This document shows, piece by piece, positions 35,362-48,234 of a stretch of 64,000 nucleotides of DNA. This DNA is from Octopus sinensis. Lineage: Eukaryota. The notes below the pieces were generated by a model. That model saw nothing but the letters and a program-made list of their open reading frames with translations. It had not been told where the DNA came from and ran no database searches. The position numbers were made by a program, and so were the translations under genes. Every line of letters starts with the position of its first letter. Position 1 is the stretch's first letter. Where the stretch lies: positions 1,364,001-1,428,000 of the forward strand of contig NC_043021.1 in NCBI RefSeq assembly GCF_006345805.1, read 5' to 3'.

Positions 35362-36095
35362 GGGGGCGTGGGTATACTTCTTGCGGAGAAATGGGTAGGT
35401 AAGGTAATCGAGGTAGTCAGAGTAAGTGACAGCGTAATTAAAATTAGATTAGTCCTTCACCATAGGACAGCTACCATCATCTCGGCATATGCCCCTCAAC
35501 CAGGGCTACCGGAAGGACAAAAAGACCAATTCTATGACACCCTATTGCGGACTACCTCGTTGATAAATGACAGTGACCTTCTCTTCGTGGCAGGTGATTT
35601 CAATGGACATGTCGGGGGCTTCCATGGCGTCCATGGAGGCTACGGTTTTGGCTCTCGTAATGTGGAGGGAACCAGGCTGCTGGAGTTCTGCAATGCAAAT
35701 GACCTTATGGTCTGCAATACCAACTTCAGGAAACCCACCTCTCACCTAGTCACCTACTGTTCTGGCAGACACACCAGCCAGATTGACTACATCCTTGCCA
35801 GAAAAAGGGAAAGAGGGCTGATTATAAGTGCCAAAACCTTTCCAGGCGAAGAATGTACTCCTCAACATAGATTAGTAGTTAGCGACTTCAGGATCAGAGC
35901 TAAATGGTTGCCCAGAAGAAGACCAGCTTGGAGGAGAAGGGTCTGGAAGCTTAAAGATCCTGCAAATGGACAGAGATTTAGAGACATACTACTCGAAGCC
36001 TTTGACGAAATAGAAGGGGATATAGCTTCACTTAATGTGGAAGACAACTGGAGATTCCTACGGGACAATCTGCTGACAGCCACTGACCAGATCTG
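35362..36095 (+). mobile_element. RTE LINE endonuclease fragment
   Basis: GVGILLAEKW, ISAYAPQ, VAGDFNGHVG, SQIDYIL and QHRLVVSD. Confidence 0.9.
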
Positions 36096-36353
36096 AGAGA
36101 CCTGCATGGGGTGGATACAGATGTCTTTAAAATGAAGCTGGATCTCTTCCTGTCAGGTGTCCCAGATGAACCAACTTCACGGCAGGAGGGGCAGATGAGG
36201 GCAGCTGCATCGAACTCTCTCATGCACCAAATAGCAGTTGCTAGAAAGCCTCCATGAAGTGAAACCAAGTAGCAACACCAAATGGCGGTGCCCCAGCATG
36301 GCCACAGCTCATAAGCTGAAACTAGAATCAATCAATCAATCAATCAATCAATC
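36096..36353 (+). mobile_element. CR1-like LINE 3' end with (ATCA)n tail
   Basis: DVFKMKLDLFLSGVPDEP followed by a 3' UTR and an AATC repeat. Confidence 0.7.
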
Positions 36354-36612
36354 ATATTTATATATGTATGTATATATATATAATGTATATATGTATGTAT
36401 ATATATTTATATATATATATATTTATATATGTATGTATATATATATAATGTATATATGTATGTATATATATTTATATATATAATTTATATATGTATGTAT
36501 ATATATATATAATGTATATATGTATGTATATATATATAATGTATGTATATATATATATATAATGTATATATATATATGTATGTATATATATTTATATATA
36601 TATATATATTTA

Positions 36613-36649
<37 letters not shown>

Positions 36650-36769
36650 ATATATGTATATATATTGTATATATATTTATATAATATATTAATATATATA
36701 TTATATATATAATGTATGTATATATATTTATATATATATATATATATATTATATAATATATATATATAG

Positions 36770-38684
36770 AATCAGGAACGAGCTATCAAATGTTGACTGG
36801 TCCTTTACACATACACACATCTCCACCGACCATAAAACATCTTGGCAGATCTTTGTAGACACCGTCACAGACATATGTGCAAAACACTCCCCACCAAGAC
36901 CTGTGAACAAAAAGTGCAGAATCCCCCAAAACAGAAAAACCATTATCAGAAAAATAAAAAGAACAAACAAAAAATTAACAAACTAAAGTACTGCCAACAG
37001 CAACACACACATTCGACGGCTATCGCACTGCTTGAATCCAAAAAATATAACCTCCAACATGCATGAAGACCCTCATCAATAACCAAAGATCAGCTGAGGA
37101 GAAGTGGGCCATTGAAAAAATAAACTCAACCCCAAAGTGTTCTTTTCATTTGCGAGGAGGAAACGCAGGGTCACTGTCTCCACTGTAGGCCCTCTAATTG
37201 ACGAAACTGGCACTCTCCAAGATAATGCCAAATCCATGGCGAGATACTGCAGAAACAATACTGCTCTGTTTTCAGCAATCCTGATATGGCCGATCTGGGC
37301 TGTATCAGTGATGTCAACCCCCAACACACTATATCGGAATAACGTTTAGTGCCCCTGATGTCCTTAGCGGCGATAAACGAAAAATAAAACACAATTCAGC
37401 AGTAGGCCCCGATAGGTTCCCTGCTTGTGTCCTGAAGGTGTTGTCGACACCAACTTGCATCTCCCCTTGCTAATCTGTGGAGAAACTCACTGGATGCTGG
37501 CTATATTCCAAAAAATCTCCTGTCCAGTCTGTTGTCCCAGTTTTCAAAAAGGGAAACAAGTCCCTTGCAGTGAATTACCGTCCGATCTCACTCACCTCTC
37601 ATATCATCAAGGTATTTGAGAGGGTGGTGAGATCTCGAATAACCCAATTTCTGGAAAGCAACAGACGGCTGATCTCCAACCAACATGGGTTCCGTAATGG
37701 AAGGGACTGCCTAACGCAGCTCCTGCATCACTTTGAGGACATTTGAGAGCTTTGGGAGAGGGCTCCAACACTGATGTCATCTACCTTGATTTCAGTAAGG
37801 CCTTCGACAGGGTCGATCACAAGATCCTATTGAAAAAACTATCCAACATTGGTGTCTCTGGAAAGTTACTGAAATGGATTAAGTGTTTCCTGACAGACAG
37901 ATCTCAACATGTTGTAGTTGAAGGGGTAAAATCAAGCCCAGCCAAAGTCAGTAGTGGCGTTCCGCAAGGCAATGTGCTGGGCCCACTTCTTTTCATCATT
38001 TACATTAATGACATTAATGACATCATCAAGCACAGAAACATAAAAATCTTTGCAGATGACTCCAAGCTACAGAAGGTCATAAATGAGGCGAGTGACCGGA
38101 CATGCCTTCAGTCAGATCTACTGGCTGTTATCCAATGGGCAGAAAAAAACAATATGCTGCTGAACGAGGATAAATTTGAGCTAATCCACTTTGGAAAAGA
38201 GGATGCCCTGAAACTCCATACTCCCTTCCTTCAGGTGAAACTCTCGCGGCGTCCAACAACATCAGAGACTGGAGTAATTGTGGACAACAACGTAAGCTGG
38301 GCCACTCATATAAACACCAAAGTTGACATGGCCCGCAGAATGTGTTCCTGGATTCTCAGAACTTTCCAGTCGAGAGATATCCACACCATTATCCTTCTCT
38401 CTCCACTTTTGCCCGACCCCACCTTGAATACTGTTGTCCACTGTGGTCTCCCCACACAATACAAGGTATCATAAAAGTTGAAGCACCACAAAGGGCAATC
38501 ACAAAAAAGATAGATGGCATGACAGCCTCGACTATGGGGGTCGACTAGAAAAGCTAAAACTCTATCTCTCCAACGTCGTCGTGAGCGCTACATCATCTGC
38601 ATGATGTGGAAAATATTCCATCAGCATTGCCCAAATGATGTTGGCATCACCTTTAAGGTAATCCAAGGCTTGGGCCCCGTGCCA
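36770..38684 (+). mobile_element. CR1-like LINE RT region (decayed), cut by the assembly gap
   Basis: NYRPISLTSHIIKVFER, YLDFSKAFDRVDH, SGVPQGNVLGPLLF and FADDSKL. Confidence 0.92.
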
Positions 38685-38784
38685 NNNNNNNNNNNNNNNN
38701 NNNNNNNNNNNNNNNNNNNNNNNNNNNNNNNNNNNNNNNNNNNNNNNNNNNNNNNNNNNNNNNNNNNNNNNNNNNNNNNNNNNN
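38685..38784. other. Assembly gap (100 N)
   Basis: Run of N. Confidence 1.
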
Positions 38785-38980
38785 TATATAATATATATAT
38801 AATATATATAGTATTAATAATATATATATATATATTATTTATATAATATATATATAATTATATATATATAATATATATATATATATAATATATATATATA
38901 ATAAATATATTATATATATATATATATAATATATATAGATATATTATATAATATATATATATAATTATAATATATATAAT

Positions 38981-39012
<32 letters not shown>

Positions 39013-39025
39013 AATATATAATATA

Positions 39026-39930
39026 ATGCACTTTCTTCACTGTATGAGCAGGAGAACCATCTTGGGTTCACACATAATTAACCGTTGGGGTAGTTAGACT
39101 TCAGCCAAGGCAAAACCTTATACCATAGGACTTTATAATAGATGTCAGGCCTCACCTTTTCCCCAGACATGAAAAACTGGAGAGACATCTTTTTTTCTGT
39201 CAGACACAACGACTTCCAGTATCATGATTCGAGCTGGGGGCTTGGTCCTAAAGACACCCTTTACTTCAGTAGGTGACTTAGCAATGTATCAATCATTGTG
39301 ACATTTTGAAACAGCATCAGTGGTAAAGATATTTTCATCTGAAAAGATTTTGAGAGTTTGTCCATTGTGCTTCAGGTATCGCAGCACTTTGTTGCCCTTT
39401 TCATGTTGCCCTTTTGGCTTTCATTGCATGAGTCAGTAGGTATCTTGGGGTTCTCACGTATGACCCCCAAATGTAAATCAGTGTGTACTGCATTTCTCTT
39501 GGTCTTTGGATCAACTTACATGTTCATGGACAGTTTTTTTCATGGATGTTGTTTGGTCTTTTGAAATTTTGGCTTTGAGAGATTTAAGAGATGTATTATC
39601 CCATTTTTTATTTATGTCTTCACTTCCTTGCTTTCTCTTGATGGCTCGAATATCCAGCATTCAGTTCTTTACATTGTAGACAGTGCTCACAGAGGTCCCA
39701 ACAGTCTGAGCAATATGTCTAATTGCAACCCTGGCTAGAAGCAAATCTGCAATGCATTGTCTCTTGGCTTCCTAAGTGGACATGTGAGATCATATGACTG
39801 GAACTTCTGCTTAAATTAACTCTAGAAACCTCCACCCTAAAATAGAAAACAATATTTTAGTATTTACACTCAGGAATATATGAAAAATAAGGCTTCCAAA
39901 ATATTCCAAGTTTTGCTTCTCCACAAAGTA
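39026..39930 (-). mobile_element. Tc1/mariner (maT/DD37D-like) transposase remnant
   Basis: Minus frames read IFSDENIFT, VFRTKPPARIMILEVVVSD, YKVLPWLKSNYPNG and YVWTQDGSPAHT. Confidence 0.75.
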
Positions 39931-40188
39931 CATACATATATTCATGTACAGATATTTATGTATATATGTATGTTAGCATGTGTGCATTCGTCTCTGTGTT
40001 CACTTTTGTTTATGCTTCATAATATAGTTGTTTGACAAACAGTGATTAATGAAATAACAGACTTAAAAATAAATACATTTATTGTTTTGATCAACTAAGT
40101 CTTTGATTCTGATGCCTTGGCATGGCCACAGTGCACTGTTTGAATGCATGTAAAGAATAATGTGTGTGTATGTTTATACGTATATGTT

Positions 40189-40222
<34 letters not shown>

Positions 40223-40924
40223 CAGGTAAATTCCTCTATTTACATAATATCGAGGTCTCTTTCATTTGTTGTCTTACCATTTCTATCAATATAAATATAT
40301 TATGCGCACTCTATACGATCTTTTTACTCTTTCTTTTTTCTCTTTCTTATCCTTTTACCTCTTCTCCTACTATTCTATCCTATTATTCTGTCACTATCTC
40401 TCCCTCACTACTCCTCCCATGCTTATGTGGCTCCCACGTGACCATCGGCCATCTCTCTTTCTCTCCATTGTAGCTGGAACAAGAAAGACGTGTTCTTGTT
40501 GTCTACTGTCCTAACTTGATTTACATGTTTGCCACCACGATCTTGTTCAGGCTTAGCAGCCCTTCCTGTGTGTTTTCACTGTCCTGTTTATGTTACCAAT
40601 TTTGACCCTCCGCAAAATCAAAAATTTTATTTAATTTGCTTTGCAGGAGCAACGGTTTTATTGAAAGCATATATTGTCCTTAAATGCTCGAAATACAAGA
40701 CTAGAAAAACAGCCAACAACTGATGAAGGGTTGTTCTTTATGTTGTTTGTTTTGTTTTCTATTTTTGTCGTTTGTTGTTTGAAAGAATAGTTCATGTTCC
40801 ATGTACTCGTGCTTCGTACTTGTTTGTTGTACACGTTTCGTGACGTCCTGTGCCCACACACACCACACAAACACACCACCACACACAACATATATATATT
40901 TACGTATGTATATATGCATATATA

Positions 40925-40973
<49 letters not shown>

Positions 40974-41499
40974 TATATATATATATATATATCTGTGTGT
41001 ATAGACACAGGTATGGCTCTGTGGTTAACAAGTTAACTTCTTAATCATATTTTTCAGGTTCAATCTCAATGTGTGACATCATGGATAAGTGTATTCTACT
41101 ATAGCTCTGGGCTAACTAAAGCCTTGTGAGTGGATTTAGTAAACAGAAACAGAATGATGTCTGCTGAATGTGGATATGTGTGTGTGTTTGTGTTTGAACA
41201 GTGTTTGACTTTTAAATGAATATCATTCATTTTCAATATTCTGCAAAAACATGCCTGGCCATGGGAGAATATTTTGCTTGGAAACGGGTAAAGTTGGTAG
41301 GATCTTAACAGGAAATGCATCTGGCTGTAAAAAAAATTGACCTCAGTAAACTCTTTCTGACCTATGCAAACACGGAAAAGTGGGTGTTGAAGTGACAATC
41401 TTATATACACAGACATGCAGGAAGTAAATAGAAACCTTTAATTTTTCAAAATCTTTTATTTAATACACAAAGCGAACAATTGATAGGTTGCACTACATA

Positions 41500-42058
41500 C
41501 TTTAGTATTTAGTTGACATTCCCTTTGCAGTTTTTAATTCAGAAACTCTTTTCGGCTTTGAACTGATGAGCTTTGTGATTGTCTCTTGTGGAATTTCTGA
41601 CCACTTTTCACGCAACGATCAAAACAATTCATCTTTAGATTTAGGTTTCTGTTGAGTTTTTCGTATAGCTCTATCTAGTATGCTCCAAAGATTTCCAATT
41701 GGGGTCATGTCAGGAGATTGGCTCGGCTAAGGAAGCTTTTTGATCCCATTTTCAGTCAGCCATTGTTGATTCCTTTTTGCTGTGTGGCATGGAGCCCCAT
41801 CTTCCATGAATAAAAACTCATTTTTCGTTATGTTATCGTGTGAATACATCAGAAGTAGACCTTGCTTAAGTATTTCGATGTATTTTCAGAGTTTATGGTT
41901 CCAACACATTCGATCAGCTCAGAACGACCATTGCTAGTGACAGCTTCCCACACCATTACAGATATACTGCCATGTTTCACAGTTGGTTGGAGTCGTTTCA
42001 AATCAAATTCTTGATTGGGAAGCCTCCAGACCCAAATACATCCACTGTCTGATAATAA
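41500..42058 (-). mobile_element. Tc1 transposase C-terminal remnant
   Basis: PTVKHG..SVMVW, MEDGAPCH, PSQSPDMTPIGNLWSIL, and ITKLISS.PKRV. Confidence 0.8.
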
Positions 42059-42059
42059 T

Positions 42060-42500
42060 GCAAATCTGACTCAAGATTGACTCAAAGGCCCTTTGATTCT
42101 AGACCTTACTTCCATACCTGAAACTTCTCCTCTAGCTCTGATAGTGACTCAGCTATTAGAGCATGGTCATCAGCATAGAGAAGCTCTCAGGGGCAGCCTT
42201 TCTTGAATTCCTCTGCTGTTGCCTGGAGGACTATGATGACTAAGAGGGGGCTGAAGACTATCCTTGGTGGACCCCCTACCTTTACGCGAAATTCTTCACT
42301 GTACTCGTTGATAACCCTCACCTTACTGTACTAATTGATAACCCTCACCGCAGCTCTCACTAACCACTCATCTATCCCTAGTTTCCGCATTGACCACCAG
42401 ATAAGGGATTGGGGGTCTCTGTCAAAAAACCAGGTACAGAGGTTTATCTTTGGCTAGGAATTTCTTCTGCAGCTGTCTTACCAGAAATATAGCATCAGTC
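42060..42500 (-). mobile_element. RTE RT fragment
   Basis: SPLLVIIVLQA, ELLYADD.ALIAESLSELEEKFQVWK. Confidence 0.75.
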
Positions 42501-42684
42501 ATTTAAGAAGGACTTCAGTTTGATCAATTTTCATGATGTTTCATATTAGTTGCTTTTATTAAATTCATTCAGTGGTTAAACATAAATAAATCTTGGAATT
42601 ATATGCTTTCGATTTACTGTCAGGTAAGTTTTGGCCAACCCTGTTTATATATTTAAAAAAAAATCTCTCTCTCTCTCTCTCTGT

Positions 42685-42718
<34 letters not shown>

Positions 42719-43100
42719 GGTGCAAGAGTAGCTGTATGTAAGGAATTTGCCTACCAACCACATGGTTCCAGGTTCAGTCCCACAGCATGGCACCTTGGGC
42801 AAGTGTCTTCTGCTATAGCCTTGGGCTGCCCAAAGCCTTGTGGATTTGGTAGATGGAAACTGAAAGAAGCCTGTCGTGTGTATGTATATATATATATATA
42901 TATATATAAATATATAAAATGTTTGTGTGCCTATGTTTGTCTTCCCCATCATCACTTAACAACTGATGTAGATGTGTGGATGTCCCCGTAACTTAGCAGT
43001 TCGACCAAAGAGACTGATAAAATAATTACTAGGCTTACAAAGACTAAGTCCTAGGGTCAGTTTGTTCGACTAAAGGTGGTACTCTAGCATGGCTGCAGTC
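42719..43100 (+). mobile_element. tRNA-derived SINE
   Basis: Homologous to 32650-33030 in the opposite orientation. Confidence 0.8.
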
Positions 43101-44794
43101 AAGTGACAAACAATTAAAAGAATATATATAACTTTGTATCTTTTACTTCTTTCAGTCATTGAACTGCGGCCTTGTTGGGACATTGTTTTGAAGAGTTTTA
43201 GTTAAACAAGTCAATCCGTGTGTTTATTTTTTCTTTCAAGTTTAGTACTTATTCTCTTAATCCTTTGCTAAACTGCAAAGCCACGGAGACTTAAACAAAT
43301 CAACACCAGCTGTCTGGCACAAACTCGTATTCACATACATGCAAATACACACATGCATGCGCAAAAACTCACACGTACACATAAGATTGTATAAGTGTCA
43401 ACAGAATAAGAAATTATGTAATGAACTTCATTAGCTTAGAGCTGTTTCTGCAATAAGATGTAATGAACTCACAGTAAAGTATGAAGTGCATTGCATCTTA
43501 AAGCAGCAGAAACGGCTGTAAGCTAATGGAATTCATAACATAACTTCCTATTCCCTTGTCATGCTCAACTAATTCTTTATTCTGAAGCATGAGTACATTG
43601 AGTTCTAACACCAGGTTTTTAGTATCACTGAGCCCAAGTGAAATATTAAGATATATGCATTGGGCTTCTTTCAGTTTCTGTCTACATTTACAAGGCTTTG
43701 GTCTGCCTAGGACTATAGTAGAAGGCACTCACTCAGGGTGCCATTCAACGGGACTAAATCCAAAAACATGTGGTCAGGAAGCAAACTTCTGACTACACAG
43801 CCATGCCTACCTGAAATTTAAAATTTTACATCTAAGATTTTAATAATTGTGTTTCTGAAACAAAATATGTGCAATAAAACTGAAAATCTTTGAAGAAAAT
43901 ATTTAGAAAAAACGCATGTACAAATTTAAAAGTGAATAAATAAATTCGTAGTTGATTGGGAGTTTATATAAAAAAAAAAAAAAGGAAATATTTAGGTTGG
44001 CATTTATAAAAATATTATCTAGAAAAGACTAATCAATTCTACCCAGTCCAAAACACCATTCACATTTAAATCCTACAAAACCAAAGGAAAGGAAAAGAAT
44101 AGGGAGAAAAAGTGAGAAAATTTTGCTAGAAAAACACGCTTTAGAAAAATTGTAATTAATTTTTACATTATTTCAAATTGATCTTTTATTCATAAAGGCT
44201 TCTTAATCAAGCACTGTCTACAATGCTTTCATCCATGATAACAATTGTAACCTAAGCTTTTTGTTCCTATTCCTCACTTACCTGAAGAATGGAAATGTAC
44301 AACTCCAAAGTAGCAACTCATGTAGGCTCCACTTCGAGCCAGTGTTATTCCACTTGTCTTCACAGTAATTAATATTTTCTTGCTTCATTACAAGTGTGGA
44401 TCCATAGTTCTCTCTCTCTCTCTTTATGTGTGTATGTAAAGAACCACTAGCTAACTACAGCTATGAAAGGTTAGCTTCACAACTAGAACTGTTGTTAATT
44501 ACTAGATGATGATTCTAAATAACTTACAAAAATCCAAAATTTTCCCAGAATCATATTCGCCACATGTGTTTTCTATGAAAAACAAAACCTTTTGTTTATT
44601 AAATTACATTTCATTTCTATCTCATAGACAATGGTCATAGCTCTGAATGCCTTTAACCTCCCTTAAATGTTTCATTGAGCACATAAATGCAAATGTATTC
44701 TAGCCAGGCACACCTTAGGGTAATGCAAAAGTCTTAAAAAGTATGTTCCCTTCAAAAATATAGATTTAAAAAAAAAAAAAGGATTATACATCAT

Positions 44795-45290
44795 CATCAT
44801 CATTGTTGTTTCTCATCTGCTTTCCATGATGGCATGGGTTGGACGGTTTGACTGAGGACTGGTGAACCAGAGGGCTGCACCAGGCTCAATCTGATCTGGC
44901 AAAGTTTCTACAACTGGATGCCCTTCCTAATGCCAATCACTCCAAGAGTGTAGTAAGTGCTTTTATGTGCCATTGGCACAAAGGCCAGTCATGCGGTTCT
45001 AGCAACGACCATGCTGAAAAGATGTTTTTTACATGCTGCCTGCACGGGAGCCAGTCTGGCAGCACCGGCAATGACCTGCTCAAATGTTGGTTTTCACACA
45101 CCACCAGCACATCTGCCGATAAGGCGACACTGGCAATGATCACGCTTGAATGGTGCTTTTTATGTGTCACCGGCACGGGAGCTAATCCGTGGCCCTGGCA
45201 ACAATCACGCTCAGATGTACTTTTAACGTTCCACTGGCACAAGTGTCAATCGGGCAGTACTGTCATCGGCTATCTTTGCAAATATTGTTA
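44795..45290 (-). mobile_element. RTE-type 3' tail / SINE with (GAT)n end
   Basis: TTAGGAAGGGCATCCAG...AAACCGTCCAACCCATGC...GATGATGAT on the minus strand. The same tail occurs at 34470-34606, 47015-47100, 61140-61385 and 63330-63575. Confidence 0.7.
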
Positions 45291-45299
45291 ACTTAAGTA

Positions 45300-46050
45300 C
45301 AAAAAATTACTTCTTTTGGATGCAATCAATTTTCAACTTGGCAAATTCTTATTCTTTTCAATAGCATTTTGTGTAATATTTTGAAGGGTATCTGGTCCGA
45401 GGCATGATATTATTCTTTAGCTCATTTATAATCCTTTATCCTTCAAATAACCCAAAGAAAATTGTCAGGAGTTGTTAAATCCAGCAACATTACTAAATAA
45501 TACTTCTTTTAAAAATTCTGTGCAGTGGCTCCATCATGTTGGAGCCACATCACTGGAGAGTCTACAACATCAAATTCTGAAAGTTTTTCAAGCATTATGT
45601 GAACACTTGGAAACAACCTACAAATTAAGATGTCTTTGGGTTTCTTTTCTTGGAAATGGACTGTTCAGTTAAGATGTTGTTGGATGTCTTTTGGGATTCT
45701 CCTGAACTGGGTGAATTTTGCATACAAAGAGATATAAATCAATTTTTAAGATCCTTTGAAGTGGCCTTTGAAAAACTGTCAACTGAATACAATGCCTCTG
45801 CACTGATGCAGGAGTTTCCTCTTCATTCCTTTCAACTTGGGTATGATTTTCAATAATTGAATCAAATACATTGTATTAGTTCAATAGAGATTACTAATTG
45901 AGCCTATCTCCTGAAAGCACATTACCAAACAAGTCATCAGTGTGGATGGCTTGTCTAAATGTTGAAATGACAACAAAATGTTATTGATTGATGGAATACA
46001 GAGTAAATTTTATTGTCTTCCTTCCTTGCTTAGTTGTGTACTTTTCCAAG
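45300..46050 (-). mobile_element. Heavily decayed mariner-like transposase
   Basis: Minus-strand pieces MWLQHDGATA and FSLGYLKDK resemble WFQQDGATAH...FFLWGYLKDK. Confidence 0.45.
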
Positions 46051-47856
46051 ATAAATTTGCAAGACTCCTTTTACATGCCCATAAAAAAAAAAAACTAAAA
46101 TAAGCATTAATATTTTAAAGCCTTTCAGAATTTTCATGCTGCCCTGTTGTGTAGCTGTCTCTCTGTATATATGTATATACATACACATATTACCTCCACA
46201 TACATGTGCAGCGCAGTGAGTTAAATAACATCATTTTCCACTTTTTACTCTGAATCTAGTGTCTATAATGAAACTAAGTTACTGATTTTAAGGTATTAAC
46301 TGGTTATTAAATTTAATTTCATATAGTTTATTTACATTTATAGCTAACATCTAAAAGTTTTGTTGAATCACCACTGTCAGCTCTGCCTCAGAAGATTTAA
46401 CATGTATCCTAATAATCCTTATGTACGTTCATCATGTTATTTTGATTTAGTTTAGAATGGCACCATACCTCATGTTACTTTGAGCTTATATCAAATATTA
46501 AAAGACTGCTTATGGCACCATATTACATGTTCTTTTGCATTGTATAAGATGTAAAAGCTACTTGTTAGCAATTAGAAAATGTTTCTAATTGTTTGTCTTA
46601 TCAACTTAACATTTTATTTTCTGTGTTGACTGAAGCTAGATTGATATTTTGGTTTACAAAATTTTGTTACCTGACTTCTACACAAAAACAGGGAACAAAA
46701 TATTTATCATGGCACCATGATAAAAAATGTTGTCTCTAATAATCTGTTTACATATCAGGGAACCATTGTTATAGATGAAGGACAGTAATAAAGAAAAAAT
46801 TAAGGGAGTAGTTAGGAAAGTAGGTGAGAAATATAGCAATTATAACAGGATATTTGTGTTAATATGTGTCTGTAATGATCAGTAGGGATCCACTTGTCAT
46901 TGACTCTGGCCTTCGCTTTAGTCTTTTTGTTCTTGAAAAATTATTAATATTAAATGATACTCTGGCTTTACATTGAATTCAAGAAGTGCAATTGTGTGTA
47001 AAAGTCATCATGATCATCATCGTTTAACATCTGTTTTCCATGCTGGCATGGGTTGGACTGGGGTCTGACAAGTCAGGAGGCTGCACCCGGCTCCAATCTG
47101 ACTAAGTGAAATGACTAAAATGGATAAAGTATAAATGAGAAGACATATCACCTGAAAGCATATCTTGTTAAAATTTTAACTTATGTTTAACTTATTGCAG
47201 TTTTCCATTGATTTTTTTTCTTCTTTTTACATAAGTTTTTCAAGACCATATTTTACTGAAATTTTCAAGACAAACTGTATGTCTGTGTATTCATCTTCCT
47301 GTCTCATATATTCTGAGTGAGCAGCAAATGTGAAAGTTGATGTCAGACCACTGCTGTCGTAAAGGCTGTTGCCAGTCTTTTGGAAACAAGTTTTCTATGA
47401 ATTGAAATAGACTCTGCTATCTTTTAATGTCCGTTTTTGTGAAGGATTCACCCAATTTCATTTTATTACATTGTTAGTGACTCAAATTCTGATGCACATA
47501 TCTGAATTCACATAGTAATCGATAAATTATGAGACAACAGTTAAGAATATTGTAGTTATGTTACATATTCATGAACTCTTCAGAATGAAAGACATTGTAA
47601 TAATTTTTGTGCAGAATTTACATTTGTTCCTTTCAGTCCATCCTTTTTTTTGTTGATATGCCCATTAGCATGCCCATTATATGATGTACCCTTTTGATAT
47701 TTTTTTAATTGTCTTAGTCAGATTTACATGATTCATCAACGCCTTTCACACACTTTGAATCACTTGGTTAGAGCAACTAGGGCCACACGGATTAAGAAAA
47801 TCTTCACACTGTATGTCACTGTAGCTAATGTTCATTAACTATGGAGTTATGTAGTG

Positions 47857-48234
47857 CAACAGGCTATAAATATGTGCCACATTGTATGAACAACAGGCTA
47901 TAAATATGTGCCACATTGTATGAGCAACAGGCTATAAATATGTGCCACATTGTATGAGCAACAGGCTATAAATATGTGCCACATTGTATGAACAACAGGC
48001 TATAAATATGTGCCACATTGTATGAGCAACAGGCTATAAATATGTGCCACATTGTATGAACAACAGGCTATAATTATGTGCCACATTGTATGAGCAACAG
48101 GCTATAAATATGTGCCACATTGTATGAGCAACAGGCTATAAATATGTGCCACATTGTATGAGCAACAGGCTATAAATATGTGCCACATTGTATGAACAAC
48201 AGGCTATAAATATGTGCCACATTGTATGAGCAAC
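47857..48234. repeat. 34-bp minisatellite, 11 full copies
   Basis: CAACAGGCTATAAATATGTGCCACATTGTATGA(A/G) repeated without spacers; one copy has TAATT. Confidence 0.97.

Larger units (their letters stand above)
33440..36770. repeat. Large compound AT microsatellite (TATAATGTATATG-type units) with embedded TE fragments
   Basis: Directly visible. Confidence 0.9.

Noticed and set aside
35170-36096. 308-aa ORF as a host gene
   Set aside because: It is a microsatellite run fused in frame to an RTE endonuclease fragment.
38685-39025. CR1 ending in a TA tract at 38.8 kb
   Set aside because: The junction is an assembly gap, so true adjacency and length are unknown.
47857-48234. 34-bp array as a CRISPR locus
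   Set aside because: Units are contiguous with no unique spacers, there are no cas genes, and the context is eukaryotic.
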